DNA of 56,592 nt from Nanobdellota archaeon (GCA_040753775.1 JBFMDT010000004.1:1-56592); one strand, 5' to 3'. Counted from the stretch's first letter, positions 7,581 to 17,045 are shown. Notes: generated by a model not told the origin, from the sequence alone. Program-made: numbers and translations.

Positions 7581-8444
7581 TTATATTCCCCTTACAGTTG
7601 ATATTATCAAGTACCCAATAGTCATAAGCGCAAGCGAATGCTTTACCCCCATTTTAAATTCCCCCTCTGTAAACTTACCTATCATCAGCCCTGTGAATAA
7701 TCCCTGAATAATTATCAGCCATACAAATGTTTTGTCCAACTCTTCTATAGATACTGGCTTTGCACCACCCTCGATAAATCCACCCATAGTAGTTCCGGTA
7801 AGCCCTATTGCAGCCTCTCCACCTAAAACAGCTATCTTTGGAATTAAATATACCTGTAATACAAGCATAATTCCTATGAAAACAAAAAATATTATATAAC
7901 CCTGCACCATTTGCGAATAAACACTTGACCTTCTTTCTTCCTTTATCTTTTTTATAGAGAACACCGAATCAGTCACAGCCTGCAGGACATCACCCATATT
8001 TCCACCTGATTTTTCTGCTTCTGTAACAATTGATATGGACTTCTTTATCACGCCGTTGTTTGTATCCTTGCTGAATGTATTTAGTGCCTCATGCAAAGGA
8101 AAACCCCACCCAATCTGGTGAGCCAGCTTCTTGACATAAGGGCTTAATGCACCATAATCCTCATTCGCAACCTGCAATATTCCCTTTGGCACAGATATCC
8201 CTGATTTAACTGTTTGTACAAGCGCCCTTACAAACTCTAAAAACTTTAATTCAAGCTCTTTCTGCCTCTTGTTCTCCATTAAGAAGTCTATAAGAAACTG
8301 CGAACCCACTACCACTAATCCAACAACAATAAGCGGCTTAAACCACCTTGAATCTTTTCCAAAAAAGAAATAAAAATTGAATATAATTATCATAACCCCA
8401 AGTATAATAAATAAGATATGCCTTGTTTGAACCTTTATCTCCAT
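7581..8444 (-). CDS. type II secretion system F-domain platform protein (TadC/FlaJ-like), single T2SSF domain
   Basis: TM-flanked T2SSF-like core (VKSGISVPKGILQVA...PLHEALNTF...VTEAEKSGGNMGDVLQAV). Confidence 0.75.
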   Translation of the reverse strand: MEIKVQTRHILFIILGVMIIIFNFYFFFGKDSRWFKPLIVVGLVVVGSQFLIDFLMENKRQKELELKFLEFVRALVQTVKSGISVPKGILQVANEDYGALSPYVKKLAHQIGWGFPLHEALNTFSKDTNNGVIKKSISIVTEAEKSGGNMGDVLQAVTDSVFSIKKIKEERRSSVYSQMVQGYIIFFVFIGIMLVLQVYLIPKIAVLGGEAAIGLTGTTMGGFIEGGAKPVSIEELDKTFVWLIIIQGLFTGLMIGKFTEGEFKMGVKHSLALMTIGYLIISTVRGI

Positions 8445-8445
8445 T

Positions 8446-9708
8446 TTATATCTCAGCTTGAGTTATGTTCAAAAATACCATAAACCCTATATTAAGTAAG
8501 GGAATAACAACAAATGTTCCTATTGTAGCTATGGTTGACACGCTTAATCCGCCAAGCTGCCCACCTATTACGTTTATTATAGTCAGTGTTGTTACAAAAA
8601 GCAAGGGTGCAGCTATGAGTATACTTGTATAAATATCAGAGTAAGTTGATATCATCTCAACGTATTTTTTTCTTTCAAGTTTGTACGTGGCTAATGTATC
8701 AACAGCCTTTCCATCCAAATATCCCCTTAAATCTCCGCCTGTTTCTATAGTAGACACAATTCCATTCAGGAGCTCTGCAAATTCAGGTGACGGTGTGCTT
8801 GCAGCAACGAGCTTTAATGCTGTTGAAAGGTTGTAGCCAAATATATTAACATAATTTATTATTTTTTTGATTTCCTTGCTTAGTTCCTTGTATTCACCTG
8901 ATTCAAGCACAAGGATGAACATATTTATTGGCTGGGTTCCTGAACCAGCAACAGCAGCCATATGGACTATAGCAAATGGAAGCTCATTCTTAATTCTTCT
9001 CCTCCTTGCATTAATCATGGTCTTTGGGTAATAATACATAACAAACACTGTTGTTATCATTCCAACAATACCAATAATTATACCCTTAACAATGCTAAAT
9101 AAGATAATTCCAAAAATAAAGCCAACAGCAAAAAAGGCAATTATCCCTGAAAAAAAAATCGTACTTACATAAGTCTTTGAAAGCATGTTTATATTAACCA
9201 TTCTCAAAGCATCATTCATAGGTTTAAACAAATCAGGAAACTTTCTTGTAAGGTATATTGTCAATGGCTCAACGAACCTATTTGCTACTTTTCCAAATTT
9301 GCTTGAGCTATACAAAGTGTAATCTGTTCTTTCATACATCTGCATCTCTCTTTTTTTAAGCCCAGTCAAAAATCTCTTTATGTCCACTTTTGTAATATTT
9401 AGCTCTTTTAAGTATTGTTTAACCTCTTCTTTGCTAAGCTTGAGAAATTCTACGGGCATGGGCGTAATAAATTTTTTAGTTTCGATCTTTGGTTCAGCCT
9501 GCATAAGAAAATATATTTTGGAATTCTCGTCTTTTAACTTGTTAAGAATATTAGTTATATCCTTATTGCACAAATCCAACTCATCTTTCTTCATCCCATT
9601 TTTTACAAGTTTAGCTCTCTTATCTTCCTGCTTCTTTAACTCCTCAATGAGCAACTTAATATTTTTTGTGCGGTCAACAAGTTCATAAGGCATTTTTTTC
9701 TTCCTCAA
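8446..9708 (-). CDS. type II secretion system F-domain platform protein (TadB/FlaJ-like) with long coiled-coil N-terminus
   Basis: T2SSF-like core (ELPFAIVHMAAVAGSGTQP...LSTALKLVAAS...IVSTIETGGDLRGYLDGKA) plus several TM helices. Confidence 0.75.
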   Translation of the reverse strand: MRKKKMPYELVDRTKNIKLLIEELKKQEDKRAKLVKNGMKKDELDLCNKDITNILNKLKDENSKIYFLMQAEPKIETKKFITPMPVEFLKLSKEEVKQYLKELNITKVDIKRFLTGLKKREMQMYERTDYTLYSSSKFGKVANRFVEPLTIYLTRKFPDLFKPMNDALRMVNINMLSKTYVSTIFFSGIIAFFAVGFIFGIILFSIVKGIIIGIVGMITTVFVMYYYPKTMINARRRRIKNELPFAIVHMAAVAGSGTQPINMFILVLESGEYKELSKEIKKIINYVNIFGYNLSTALKLVAASTPSPEFAELLNGIVSTIETGGDLRGYLDGKAVDTLATYKLERKKYVEMISTYSDIYTSILIAAPLLFVTTLTIINVIGGQLGGLSVSTIATIGTFVVIPLLNIGFMVFLNITQAEI

Positions 9709-9940
9709 CCAATTTATCCATTTTAACGATTAGCTTCAAAATGTAATTCTTTACGAGTTTAAGTCTTATATTTACCTCTTCAAGCTCCCTCTGGTTTTTT
9801 TCCAGCTCACTTTTTAATTTTCTGGCTTTGGCTGTTTCTATTCTTTCATTTAATTCCTCCCTTTGGCTGCTTAGTTTATTGTAATTGTTTGTAAGCTCAA
9901 TAAGGGTTTCTGTATTTTGCCTTAGCAAGTCCATGCTCAT
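9683..9940 (-). CDS. small coiled-coil protein
   Basis: 85 aa, heptad-rich (KLKSELEKNQRELEEVNIRLKL). ATGA overlap with the ATPase stop suggests coupling. Confidence 0.45.
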   Translation of the reverse strand: MSMDLLRQNTETLIELTNNYNKLSSQREELNERIETAKARKLKSELEKNQRELEEVNIRLKLVKNYILKLIVKMDKLVEEEKNAL

Positions 9941-12900
9941 TTTATTACGCCATACTTCCTTAATGCAATTTCAGAAGAATTGTAATATTCATTAATTGCC
10001 TCCTGTACTTCCTTATAGCCAAAAATGCCCTTCCTGTATAGGCTAGTTAAAAGCAGGGTTCTTAATTTAAGCTCTTGATATAATCTTTCCTTTGGCACCC
10101 CTGTCTGTTTTGATATCTTGTTGAATACATTGCTCTCCGTTTTAAAGTAAAAATTGTCTGTTGCAGGATCCCAGTAAAATGGAATATTTGTTTCAGCCCC
10201 TGCCTCAGTAACTTTTATTATCTCTACAACCTCCTTGACCTTTCTTGCAGGCTGATCCTTAACCCTTACAGAAGCCATAACACAGACGCAATCCATTGAT
10301 TCTACCAATGAAGCTGACAAGTTGATTGGTGGAGTTTCAAGCCTTTTTATCATTGTATTAACATCATCCGCGTGCATTGTTCCGAATGAGGGGTGTCCAG
10401 AAGCCATGCCTTGAAAAAGCACATACGCTTCAGCGCCTCTGACCTCTCCAACAATAACATAGTCTGGGTTCTGCCTAAAGCTTTCTTTTAATAGTTCAAA
10501 CATGCTAACCTCTCCGTACTTTTGTCCAATAATATTTGCTAAACCGATCCCCTCTCTTGCAACAGATGGAAGCCAATTGGCATGTTCTATACTAATTTCC
10601 CTGGTGTCTTCTATACTAACAATTCTTGCCTGTGGCGGAACAAAGAAAGCCAACCCGTTCAGGAGAGTCGTCTTGCCGCTTCCAGTTCCTCCTATTACCA
10701 TAACATTCATTTCGTTTTCTATAAGTATCCAAAGATAAGCCATTATTTCCGGAGAAACAGTTTTCATTTGTATTAATTTTATTGGACTCCATGGCTCTTT
10801 TGTGAATTTTCTGACAGTATCAAAAATATTCATTGGTCTATTTCCAGCTATAAAAAATTTGCAGGGTGATAGCTCTATATCATAAACTGGAAGATTTTTT
10901 TTATTATCAATAACTTTGACAGATTTTATTTTTACAAACTCTTGATTAGAATTTATCAACCATTTTAATTTATCAATGTCATCTTGCAGTTCTTTTTTAT
11001 TTGGAAATAAACCTATTATTCTTTTTGCAAGTGGTTTAGAAATGCTATCGTAGTACACTAACCTATTATAATTTATACCTACTTTTTTAGAAACTTTATT
11101 TTTTGAAATGCCAACTTTTTTCATTAATTCTAAGAATGGTTTAATCGGAACTCTTCCATGTCTAGAATATTCTCTATCTGATATTTTCTTATTAAGCAAT
11201 CTTACTAAATCATATTTTTTAATATCGTCTTCAAAATTTATCTTTTCATAATATATTTTTTCGTAAAGAGAGGGAATAATTACTTTGTATTGTCTGGAAT
11301 TTTTTCTTAAACAAGAGTATATCCCTAATCTAGCTAAGAGGTATGTTAATTGTTCTGCTAAATCTTTTGAGTTAGTTTTGTAGCTCAATCCACCATGACA
11401 AGTTCCATCACCATCAAATAAACCTTTAATAAAAGAAGCTATAACTTTATTGTTTGATTTAAAAATTATTTCAGGAACTTTGGCTATATTAGATTTTTTA
11501 CCATAAGCTATTTCAAATACTTTGTTAAAGTAAAAGGATACAAATTTATTACATAAATAAACTCTAGTTCCAGAGTAGTAGGATTCACAGTATTTGAATT
11601 TATTTTCAAATGCCCTTTTAACAGCAGCTGCAAAACCACTATTATAACAAGATATATCTATTGAGCTTTCACTTAAATGCCCATCACTTATAATTGCCCC
11701 TGCTAAGTAAGCTAGTTCTTCATCTATAATTTGTGGAACTTTAATTGCTTTTGTCTTTCCTTTCCGTCCTCCACCACAAACAACAACACTTATATCTCCT
11801 AAAGAATTAATTCTTATATTATTATTTTTACAAACTTGTTCAAGAATCTCAAAAGAAACTGAATTTCCCCTAGACATTATTTCATAAAAATACTTTCCAT
11901 GAACATTATATTGTTTGACAAGTTCTGCTTGATTATTATGCAATGCAACCCTGCTTACAAGGTCATTTATCATAATATTTGATCTTATACATATCTTATT
12001 AGAATATGAAAATTCTTTTAGCAAAGAAGCTATATCAACTGTCTGTAAACAACCATTTATATTAACTTTTATTGGAACTGGAATAAACATACTTTCTTTT
12101 AGTTTTTTTGCTTCTATTAATTCCAATTTATTATCAAAGACATGGAATAAATGATTTTTTGTTACATTTATTAATGTCCCATCTACTAACTCTAGTTTAA
12201 CCAACTTTTTTGGAGGTCTTAATTTTATAATCGATTTTAAATTTGATATTCGCTGATTTAATGAATTTTCATCAACACCGCAACAAGTCATATTATGTAA
12301 TTCAATAATTTCATTTTTATTTTCATTTTTAAGATTAAACCTCTTTTTACAATATTCAAACAAGTCATTTATTTTTACTAATTTTCCGTCACCTAATTGT
12401 AAATAACCATTAACAAAACAGAAAGTTGGTCCTCTAGATGTGACATCTGTTGTATACGTTGCGTTAATTCTGCTACCATCAGGAAGAGAGCCGTCCAGCA
12501 AGGGATTGGCGTAAGAAACATATTTACCGCATTTCTGGGCTAATTTTTCAACAAAACTTGCTAGTCTAGGAATATCGTTCCATTGTATGTTTGTCCTTAA
12601 ATTCCTGTATTTTCTATGAACAATGTAAAGAGGGAACTTAACCCCATTACACTCTATATCTTCAATAAAATAGTCCCAAAACAAAGGTTCTATCTCATTT
12701 AGCCCGACAAAGTCCCTATATACATAATACATGAGCTTGAGAAAAGTCTCCTTAGAAACGCCAATGCCAAACTCATTTAATAATAGTTTGATATTCTTTT
12801 CCAAAAATTTAATTAAAGTATCTCCCTCTTTAATGCTTATGAAAGTTATGTTTATGAGTTCTTTTACACCATCTTCAATCACACCTAATATCTTCTTTTC

Positions 12901-13128
12901 CTTGTCATCAAGCACAGGCTCTTCAACAGCATAAACCAGTTCCTTGGCAGTGCTGTCCCAGTAGATATGTGCATATGCATAAGGCGCAATTAATGGGTAT
13001 CTTACATCAACCTTTTCTTTAATTGTAATATCAGGCAGGACAGGTATTTTTTGTTCTATGTCTATGTGGAATACTGTTTCCTCTTTTTTTTCAATTAATA
13101 CTGGTTTCTTAAACATTTTAAAAAACAA
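9937..13128 (-). CDS. type IV pilus/archaellum-type secretion ATPase (FlaI/PilB/VirB11/KlbA family) interrupted by an intein
   Basis: Walker A GGTGSGKTTLLNGL, Walker B DYVIVGEVRG, GHPSFGTMHAD. The extein junction RGPTF|TVRKF re-creates the GP(S/T)F(T)(I/V)RKF motif of FlaI-type ATPases. 1063 aa, of which 529 aa is extein. Confidence 0.9.
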   Translation of the reverse strand: MFFKMFKKPVLIEKKEETVFHIDIEQKIPVLPDITIKEKVDVRYPLIAPYAYAHIYWDSTAKELVYAVEEPVLDDKEKKILGVIEDGVKELINITFISIKEGDTLIKFLEKNIKLLLNEFGIGVSKETFLKLMYYVYRDFVGLNEIEPLFWDYFIEDIECNGVKFPLYIVHRKYRNLRTNIQWNDIPRLASFVEKLAQKCGKYVSYANPLLDGSLPDGSRINATYTTDVTSRGPTFCFVNGYLQLGDGKLVKINDLFEYCKKRFNLKNENKNEIIELHNMTCCGVDENSLNQRISNLKSIIKLRPPKKLVKLELVDGTLINVTKNHLFHVFDNKLELIEAKKLKESMFIPVPIKVNINGCLQTVDIASLLKEFSYSNKICIRSNIMINDLVSRVALHNNQAELVKQYNVHGKYFYEIMSRGNSVSFEILEQVCKNNNIRINSLGDISVVVCGGGRKGKTKAIKVPQIIDEELAYLAGAIISDGHLSESSIDISCYNSGFAAAVKRAFENKFKYCESYYSGTRVYLCNKFVSFYFNKVFEIAYGKKSNIAKVPEIIFKSNNKVIASFIKGLFDGDGTCHGGLSYKTNSKDLAEQLTYLLARLGIYSCLRKNSRQYKVIIPSLYEKIYYEKINFEDDIKKYDLVRLLNKKISDREYSRHGRVPIKPFLELMKKVGISKNKVSKKVGINYNRLVYYDSISKPLAKRIIGLFPNKKELQDDIDKLKWLINSNQEFVKIKSVKVIDNKKNLPVYDIELSPCKFFIAGNRPMNIFDTVRKFTKEPWSPIKLIQMKTVSPEIMAYLWILIENEMNVMVIGGTGSGKTTLLNGLAFFVPPQARIVSIEDTREISIEHANWLPSVAREGIGLANIIGQKYGEVSMFELLKESFRQNPDYVIVGEVRGAEAYVLFQGMASGHPSFGTMHADDVNTMIKRLETPPINLSASLVESMDCVCVMASVRVKDQPARKVKEVVEIIKVTEAGAETNIPFYWDPATDNFYFKTESNVFNKISKQTGVPKERLYQELKLRTLLLTSLYRKGIFGYKEVQEAINEYYNSSEIALRKYGVIK
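10819..12420 (-). mobile_element. intein (534 aa, residues 237-770) with LAGLIDADG homing endonuclease
   Basis: Starts at Cys237 (CFVNGYLQL). Block B TKNH. Two dodecapeptide motifs, LAYLAGAIISDGH and IKGLFDGDGT. C-terminal VYDIEL...FFIAGNRPMNIFD followed by Thr+1. Confidence 0.8.
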
Positions 13129-13199
13129 AGCTTTTAAGTAAAATATTTTTTGAATGCTTATATAGTTTTCGTTTAGAAATTGTTTATGATTTATAGTTA

Positions 13200-13721
13200 T
13201 TAAACAGTAGCTTCATTTATATCTATTTTTATCATATTGCTTTCTGCATCCACACCGCTATTCATAATGATTAAATTGTAATTTCCAGACAGCTTTTTTA
13301 AATTTGTATTAATAACTGCTATATTGCTATAATCCAACTTAACATGGACTTTATATTCTCCTTTAGTAGCTGTGTTGTCTGTTCTTAAAATAAGGCTGCC
13401 CTCCTTTACCTCCACTCCCGGCTCTCCTGGTTCAGATAAAATGACCTTGCTTTCCATGCTCCATTCAACCACATTATTGCTTATAACAAAGTCACCCCTT
13501 CCTATCTGCATTGTTAAAGCCCTTTTAGACCCAGGACCTTCTGTAAGCACTGTTCTAATTGTCTCGTCAAGCTTAAACATCAAGTCCTTTGTCTGAAGAA
13601 TTGTATTTTTATCCCTTAGTTTATTGATGACAGGCATTCCAGCAGCAAGGATTATGCTTATCACAACTACCCCTAAAGCTATATACATAACTGCTGATAC
13701 CCATATGTCTGCCTTTTTCAT
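13200..13721 (-). CDS. pilin-like protein (class III signal-like N-terminus)
   Basis: MKKADIWVSAVMYIALGVVVISIILAAG: a short charged leader plus a hydrophobic helix. Located in the pilus locus. Confidence 0.5.
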   Translation of the reverse strand: MKKADIWVSAVMYIALGVVVISIILAAGMPVINKLRDKNTILQTKDLMFKLDETIRTVLTEGPGSKRALTMQIGRGDFVISNNVVEWSMESKVILSEPGEPGVEVKEGSLILRTDNTATKGEYKVHVKLDYSNIAVINTNLKKLSGNYNLIIMNSGVDAESNMIKIDINEATV

Positions 13722-13764
13722 TTTATTTAAATCTTTTACAAATAAAAAATAAAATTAAATTAGT

Positions 13765-14250
13765 TTATATTGTCTTTGTCTTTACTTGTTCGCTACATGG
13801 AACTTGACTGCCATCTACATCTATCTTAGGTATCACATCTACTGTGTCTCCAGCTGCATTTGCACTTGTTGTAGTAGCACTATATATTTTTGATTCAAAC
13901 GCTCCTAATCCTCCTGGCAAATCACTTACACTTTGATCAACATCAGTAGTTCCACCTGCTGTGTGTTTTACTCTTGTTATAAAATCAACTAAAGGCCTAT
14001 CCCTATTGTTTGTTATTGTGACCTTTATTGTTTTGCCTGTTGCATCAGAAGAGTCAATAATAACACTATCTACTGTAAAATCCACTTCTGTTGAGCATGC
14101 TATCTGCGCCTTGCTTGTTGTTCCAGTTGTTTCAGTCTGCTCTTTAAGCAAGCTTGATCCCCACTGCATGATTAAAGCAGCCAATACTATTGTAAATCCT
14201 ATTAAAAGCACCGTAGCTATTAATGGAGAAATTCCTCTTTTGTTTTTCAT
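13765..14250 (-). CDS. archaeal type IV pilin (Pilin_N / DUF1628-type N-terminus)
   Basis: MKNKRGISPLIATVLLIGFTIVLAALI is the canonical KRG-(I/V)SP(L/V)IATVLLI prepilin signature. Confidence 0.85.
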   Translation of the reverse strand: MKNKRGISPLIATVLLIGFTIVLAALIMQWGSSLLKEQTETTGTTSKAQIACSTEVDFTVDSVIIDSSDATGKTIKVTITNNRDRPLVDFITRVKHTAGGTTDVDQSVSDLPGGLGAFESKIYSATTTSANAAGDTVDVIPKIDVDGSQVPCSEQVKTKTI

Positions 14251-14315
14251 TTAATCCCCTCCTTTTTAATTGTATTAATCTTTAGTATATTTTTCTATTC
14301 TTAAACCTTTTGTTA

Positions 14316-14780
14316 TCAGCATGGACCTATGTTTGAGGTATCATACTTAACAAGCTGTTCGCTGCATGTTCCAGCCACGCCCTGCCTTACTATTAAAGGC
14401 ATGACTTCTATGTTATTGATAGTTCCTACTTCATCATTGTATCTGACATCTATTTGTTTCTCTTCAAGGCCATTTAAAGCCTCTTTTTCTGTCTTTAATT
14501 CGCTAATATCACCATTTAACCTAACTCTAATGCCATGTATCAATAAATTCTTTTCATTTCTTACTGTCACTTTTAATATATTCCCGCTACTCAAACAAGC
14601 ATCATTTACACTTATAGCAATACCTGTAGCGCAATCAGACCTTATCTCCGAAAGCGCACTTTGCTTTTCAGCTTGTTCTTTTACAATGTTACCATACCAC
14701 AAATATACAATTACACCTATTGCAATTGTAAATCCTATTAAAAGCACTGTTGCTATCAATGGACTTACTCCTCTTTTCAT
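14316..14780 (-). CDS. archaeal type IV pilin (Pilin_N-type)
   Basis: MKRGVSPLIATVLLIGFTIAIGVIV. Tandem paralogue of 13765-14250. Confidence 0.85.
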   Translation of the reverse strand: MKRGVSPLIATVLLIGFTIAIGVIVYLWYGNIVKEQAEKQSALSEIRSDCATGIAISVNDACLSSGNILKVTVRNEKNLLIHGIRVRLNGDISELKTEKEALNGLEEKQIDVRYNDEVGTINNIEVMPLIVRQGVAGTCSEQLVKYDTSNIGPC

Positions 14781-15305
14781 TTAACTTGCACCCCCGCATG
14801 GTTGTACTTCATCGAACATATCTTCTGTCATAATAAACTTTTTCTCGCTGCATGAAACCTCTTTTTCCTCCTCTGTTATTACCGGAGTTAATATAAGCTT
14901 TTTGATTTCCATATTATTTGTAATTCCATTTACTATATTATTGTCTTTTACAGCTAAGCTTATTTCTTCGCTTCCACCAGGTTGTAAGGTTAATTGAATG
15001 CTGTCAGATATAACACCTCTTGCATCATTTAGGTTGTAAACGATTTTATTAATAGTAAAAGAGCCCCTATTTTTTAAAGACAGGGTTAGTTTGCCCCAGC
15101 CAGAAGGATTGTTTGGCAGTTCACCCCTGCAATAAGAATCAACACTGAAAGCTACACTATCGCAAAATAAGCTTCCCTCAACAAGCTCCCCAGGCTTAAA
15201 TCTTTCAGTCTGCTTTATGACAAAATTAGAAACAAGGATTCCTACTCCAACTGTAAAACCTATTAATAATACCCATGCTATCAATGGACTAACTGCCTTT
15301 TTCAT
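14781..15305 (-). CDS. archaeal type IV pilin (Pilin_N-type)
   Basis: MKKAVSPLIAWVLLIGFTVGVGILV. Abuts the next pilin gene with no gap. Confidence 0.85.
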   Translation of the reverse strand: MKKAVSPLIAWVLLIGFTVGVGILVSNFVIKQTERFKPGELVEGSLFCDSVAFSVDSYCRGELPNNPSGWGKLTLSLKNRGSFTINKIVYNLNDARGVISDSIQLTLQPGGSEEISLAVKDNNIVNGITNNMEIKKLILTPVITEEEKEVSCSEKKFIMTEDMFDEVQPCGGAS

Positions 15306-15307
15306 TT

Positions 15308-15928
15308 TTAAATTACCTCTGCTGACACTCTTACAGTATCTTCTTCAAATGATTGTGCTATTATTGCAATGCTCTTCCCCTCTAAATTTGGTTTGTAAGT
15401 TATCCCCCCTATTTTTATGTCTGGACTTTGGCTTACACCTGAATTTAAGTTGCCAAAAGTGGTTAATTTGATAGGAACATTCTGCTTAAAAGTCTGCCCA
15501 GCTACATCCAATTTTATGTTGCTTATTGTGCTTTCCTGGCCGCTTGGTATCTGGCCACCATCTATAGTTTCTATAGTTCCAGATGATAAATAATTGCTTA
15601 CTAAATAATCACCAGTGTTTTTGTCATAATATACATAAACAAAGCCCATATTAGGGTCCTGGGTTTTTGCATAATCTAAAAAGTCACTAGTAAAGCTGTT
15701 TAACCCACCTTCAATAGCTTCGGTTTGTTCCTCTGGCGTTTTATCAGCAACATCTTTAACAATATCATTAACCTTTTTTGGAGCCTCTGTTGCATAATTT
15801 TTTGAAAGCTCATTAAAATCTTCTAACAGTATCTTTTCTTCTATTCTATTGACCTGAGAAACAACTACATATATCACTAAAGCAAGTATAACAGCTACAA
15901 ATATGAAAAATTGGCCTTTCTTGTTCAT
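15308..15928 (-). CDS. pilin-like protein with class III signal peptide
   Basis: MNKKGQFFIFVAVILALVIYVVV (a KGQ-type cleavage context). The start is moved from the track's 16000 to the internal ATG at 15928, which removes the 38-nt overlap with adk. Confidence 0.6.
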   Translation of the reverse strand: MNKKGQFFIFVAVILALVIYVVVSQVNRIEEKILLEDFNELSKNYATEAPKKVNDIVKDVADKTPEEQTEAIEGGLNSFTSDFLDYAKTQDPNMGFVYVYYDKNTGDYLVSNYLSSGTIETIDGGQIPSGQESTISNIKLDVAGQTFKQNVPIKLTTFGNLNSGVSQSPDIKIGGITYKPNLEGKSIAIIAQSFEEDTVRVSAEVI

Positions 15929-15962
15929 ATTACCTCTTTTTTGTATAATAACCTGTATTTTC

Positions 15963-16583
15963 TCATTTAATAATTTTTCTAATATCCTTATAAACAGCAT
16001 TAGGAAGTCTATTGCCTTCTATTTCAACTAATACCCCTTTTTCCTTATAAAAATCTAGTAAAGGCCCTATTTCTTTCTCGTAAACCATAATCCTTTCTTC
16101 TATCACTTTTTTATCATCCTCTCTTACATATAAAGGGGCATTGCAAATATCGCAGTAACCCTCTTTTTTAGGCCTGATCTCCTTTGTTTCTAAATTGTAT
16201 ATCTTATTGCATTTGCTGCACTGCACTCTTGTAGCAATTCTCTTAATTATCACATCGCGAGAGGAAGTTATGTATATTACCTTATCTATATGTTCTATTT
16301 TGTCTAGATATTCTGCTTGCTCTAAATTTCTTGGATAGCCGTCTAAAACAAAATTCTTATATCCTTTTAGCCTTTCTTCTACTATTTTGTTTATAATATC
16401 ATTAGAAATTAGGCGACCCCTATTCACAATTCCTTCTATACTCCTTCCAAGTTTTGTTTTTTTATTTATTTCCTCTCTTAGCAAATCGCCTGTTGCTATA
16501 TGTTTAATATTATAGTCTCTTTCCAAGAACTGCGAGAACAAACCTTTTCCAGATCCCGGCGGTCCTAGCAATATTAGTTTCAT
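15963..16583 (-). CDS. adk: adenylate kinase (long, zinc-lid type)
   Basis: MKLILLGPPGSGKG P-loop and a lid with CSKC...CDIC. The track's longer start (16634) would run into the tRNA at 16593-16710, so the ATG at 16583 is used. Confidence 0.9.
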   Translation of the reverse strand: MKLILLGPPGSGKGLFSQFLERDYNIKHIATGDLLREEINKKTKLGRSIEGIVNRGRLISNDIINKIVEERLKGYKNFVLDGYPRNLEQAEYLDKIEHIDKVIYITSSRDVIIKRIATRVQCSKCNKIYNLETKEIRPKKEGYCDICNAPLYVREDDKKVIEERIMVYEKEIGPLLDFYKEKGVLVEIEGNRLPNAVYKDIRKIIK

Positions 16584-16592
16584 TTTTGTATA

Positions 16593-16710
16593 AGCCTCGG
16601 GCGTGATTTGAATTCGCGGGTAATTTAACCTCACGCGATCTCTTCCTCTTCAGTAAATTACTACCAAGGAAGTGCTTTCGGCATTAACTTACCGGCTAAG
16701 CTACCGAGGC
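16593..16710 (-). tRNA. tRNA-Thr(GGT) with three inferred introns (about 16675-16687, 16648-16661, 16613-16631)
   Basis: After excision: GCCTCGG-TA-GCTT-AGCCGGT-AAGC-A-CTTCC-TTGGTAA-GGAAG-AGATC-GCGTG-TTCAAAT-CACGC-CCGAGGC-T. 72 nt, all stems Watson-Crick. Confidence 0.65.
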
Positions 16711-16756
16711 ATAGAAATTAAGATTAATACTTCTTTTTAAAAGTTTTGAAAATGTA

Positions 16757-16892
16757 TGTGGGAGGCAGGATTTGAACCTGCGTAGGGACTAACCCACAGG
16801 ATATCCCAATGGCATTCTGAGTTTCGCACTCTTAAGTCCTGCGCATCTAGCCAATCCTTATCAGATTATTGACCAGGCTCTGCCACTCCCAC
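16757..16892 (-). tRNA. tRNA-Leu(TAA) with two inferred introns (D-loop 16846-16868; anticodon loop 16803-16830)
   Basis: Acceptor GTGGGAG/CTCCCAC, D-region GCA-GAGCCTGGTCAA-TGC, anticodon arm CAGGA-CTTAAGA-TCCTG, long variable arm GGG-TTAGT-CCC, T-arm GCAGG-TTCAAAT-CCTGC, A73. 85 nt mature. Confidence 0.7.
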
Positions 16893-17045
16893 ATAAATTA
16901 GATTAAAAAATAATTCTTTATAAACCTAATGGTTTGTCAAGAATATAGTTAAGTTTAAACGCTTTTTCTTTTTCTCTAAAACCAATCACCTTCTGAAATA
17001 TAAATAAATTAGACTTCTTAGAACTTATAAATTTTATTAATTTAT

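Noticed and set aside
16584-16634. N-terminal extension of adk to 16634
   Set aside because: It would overlap tRNA-Thr(GGT). The P-loop follows directly after the internal Met at 16583 (MKLILLGPPGSGKG), which is the normal Adk N-terminus.
16893-17045. 150-nt spacer between tRNA-Leu and tRNA-Thr(CGT) as a possible C/D-box or other small RNA
   Set aside because: There is no RUGAUGA C-box, no stable helices, and the stretch is very AT-rich, so nothing supports a call.
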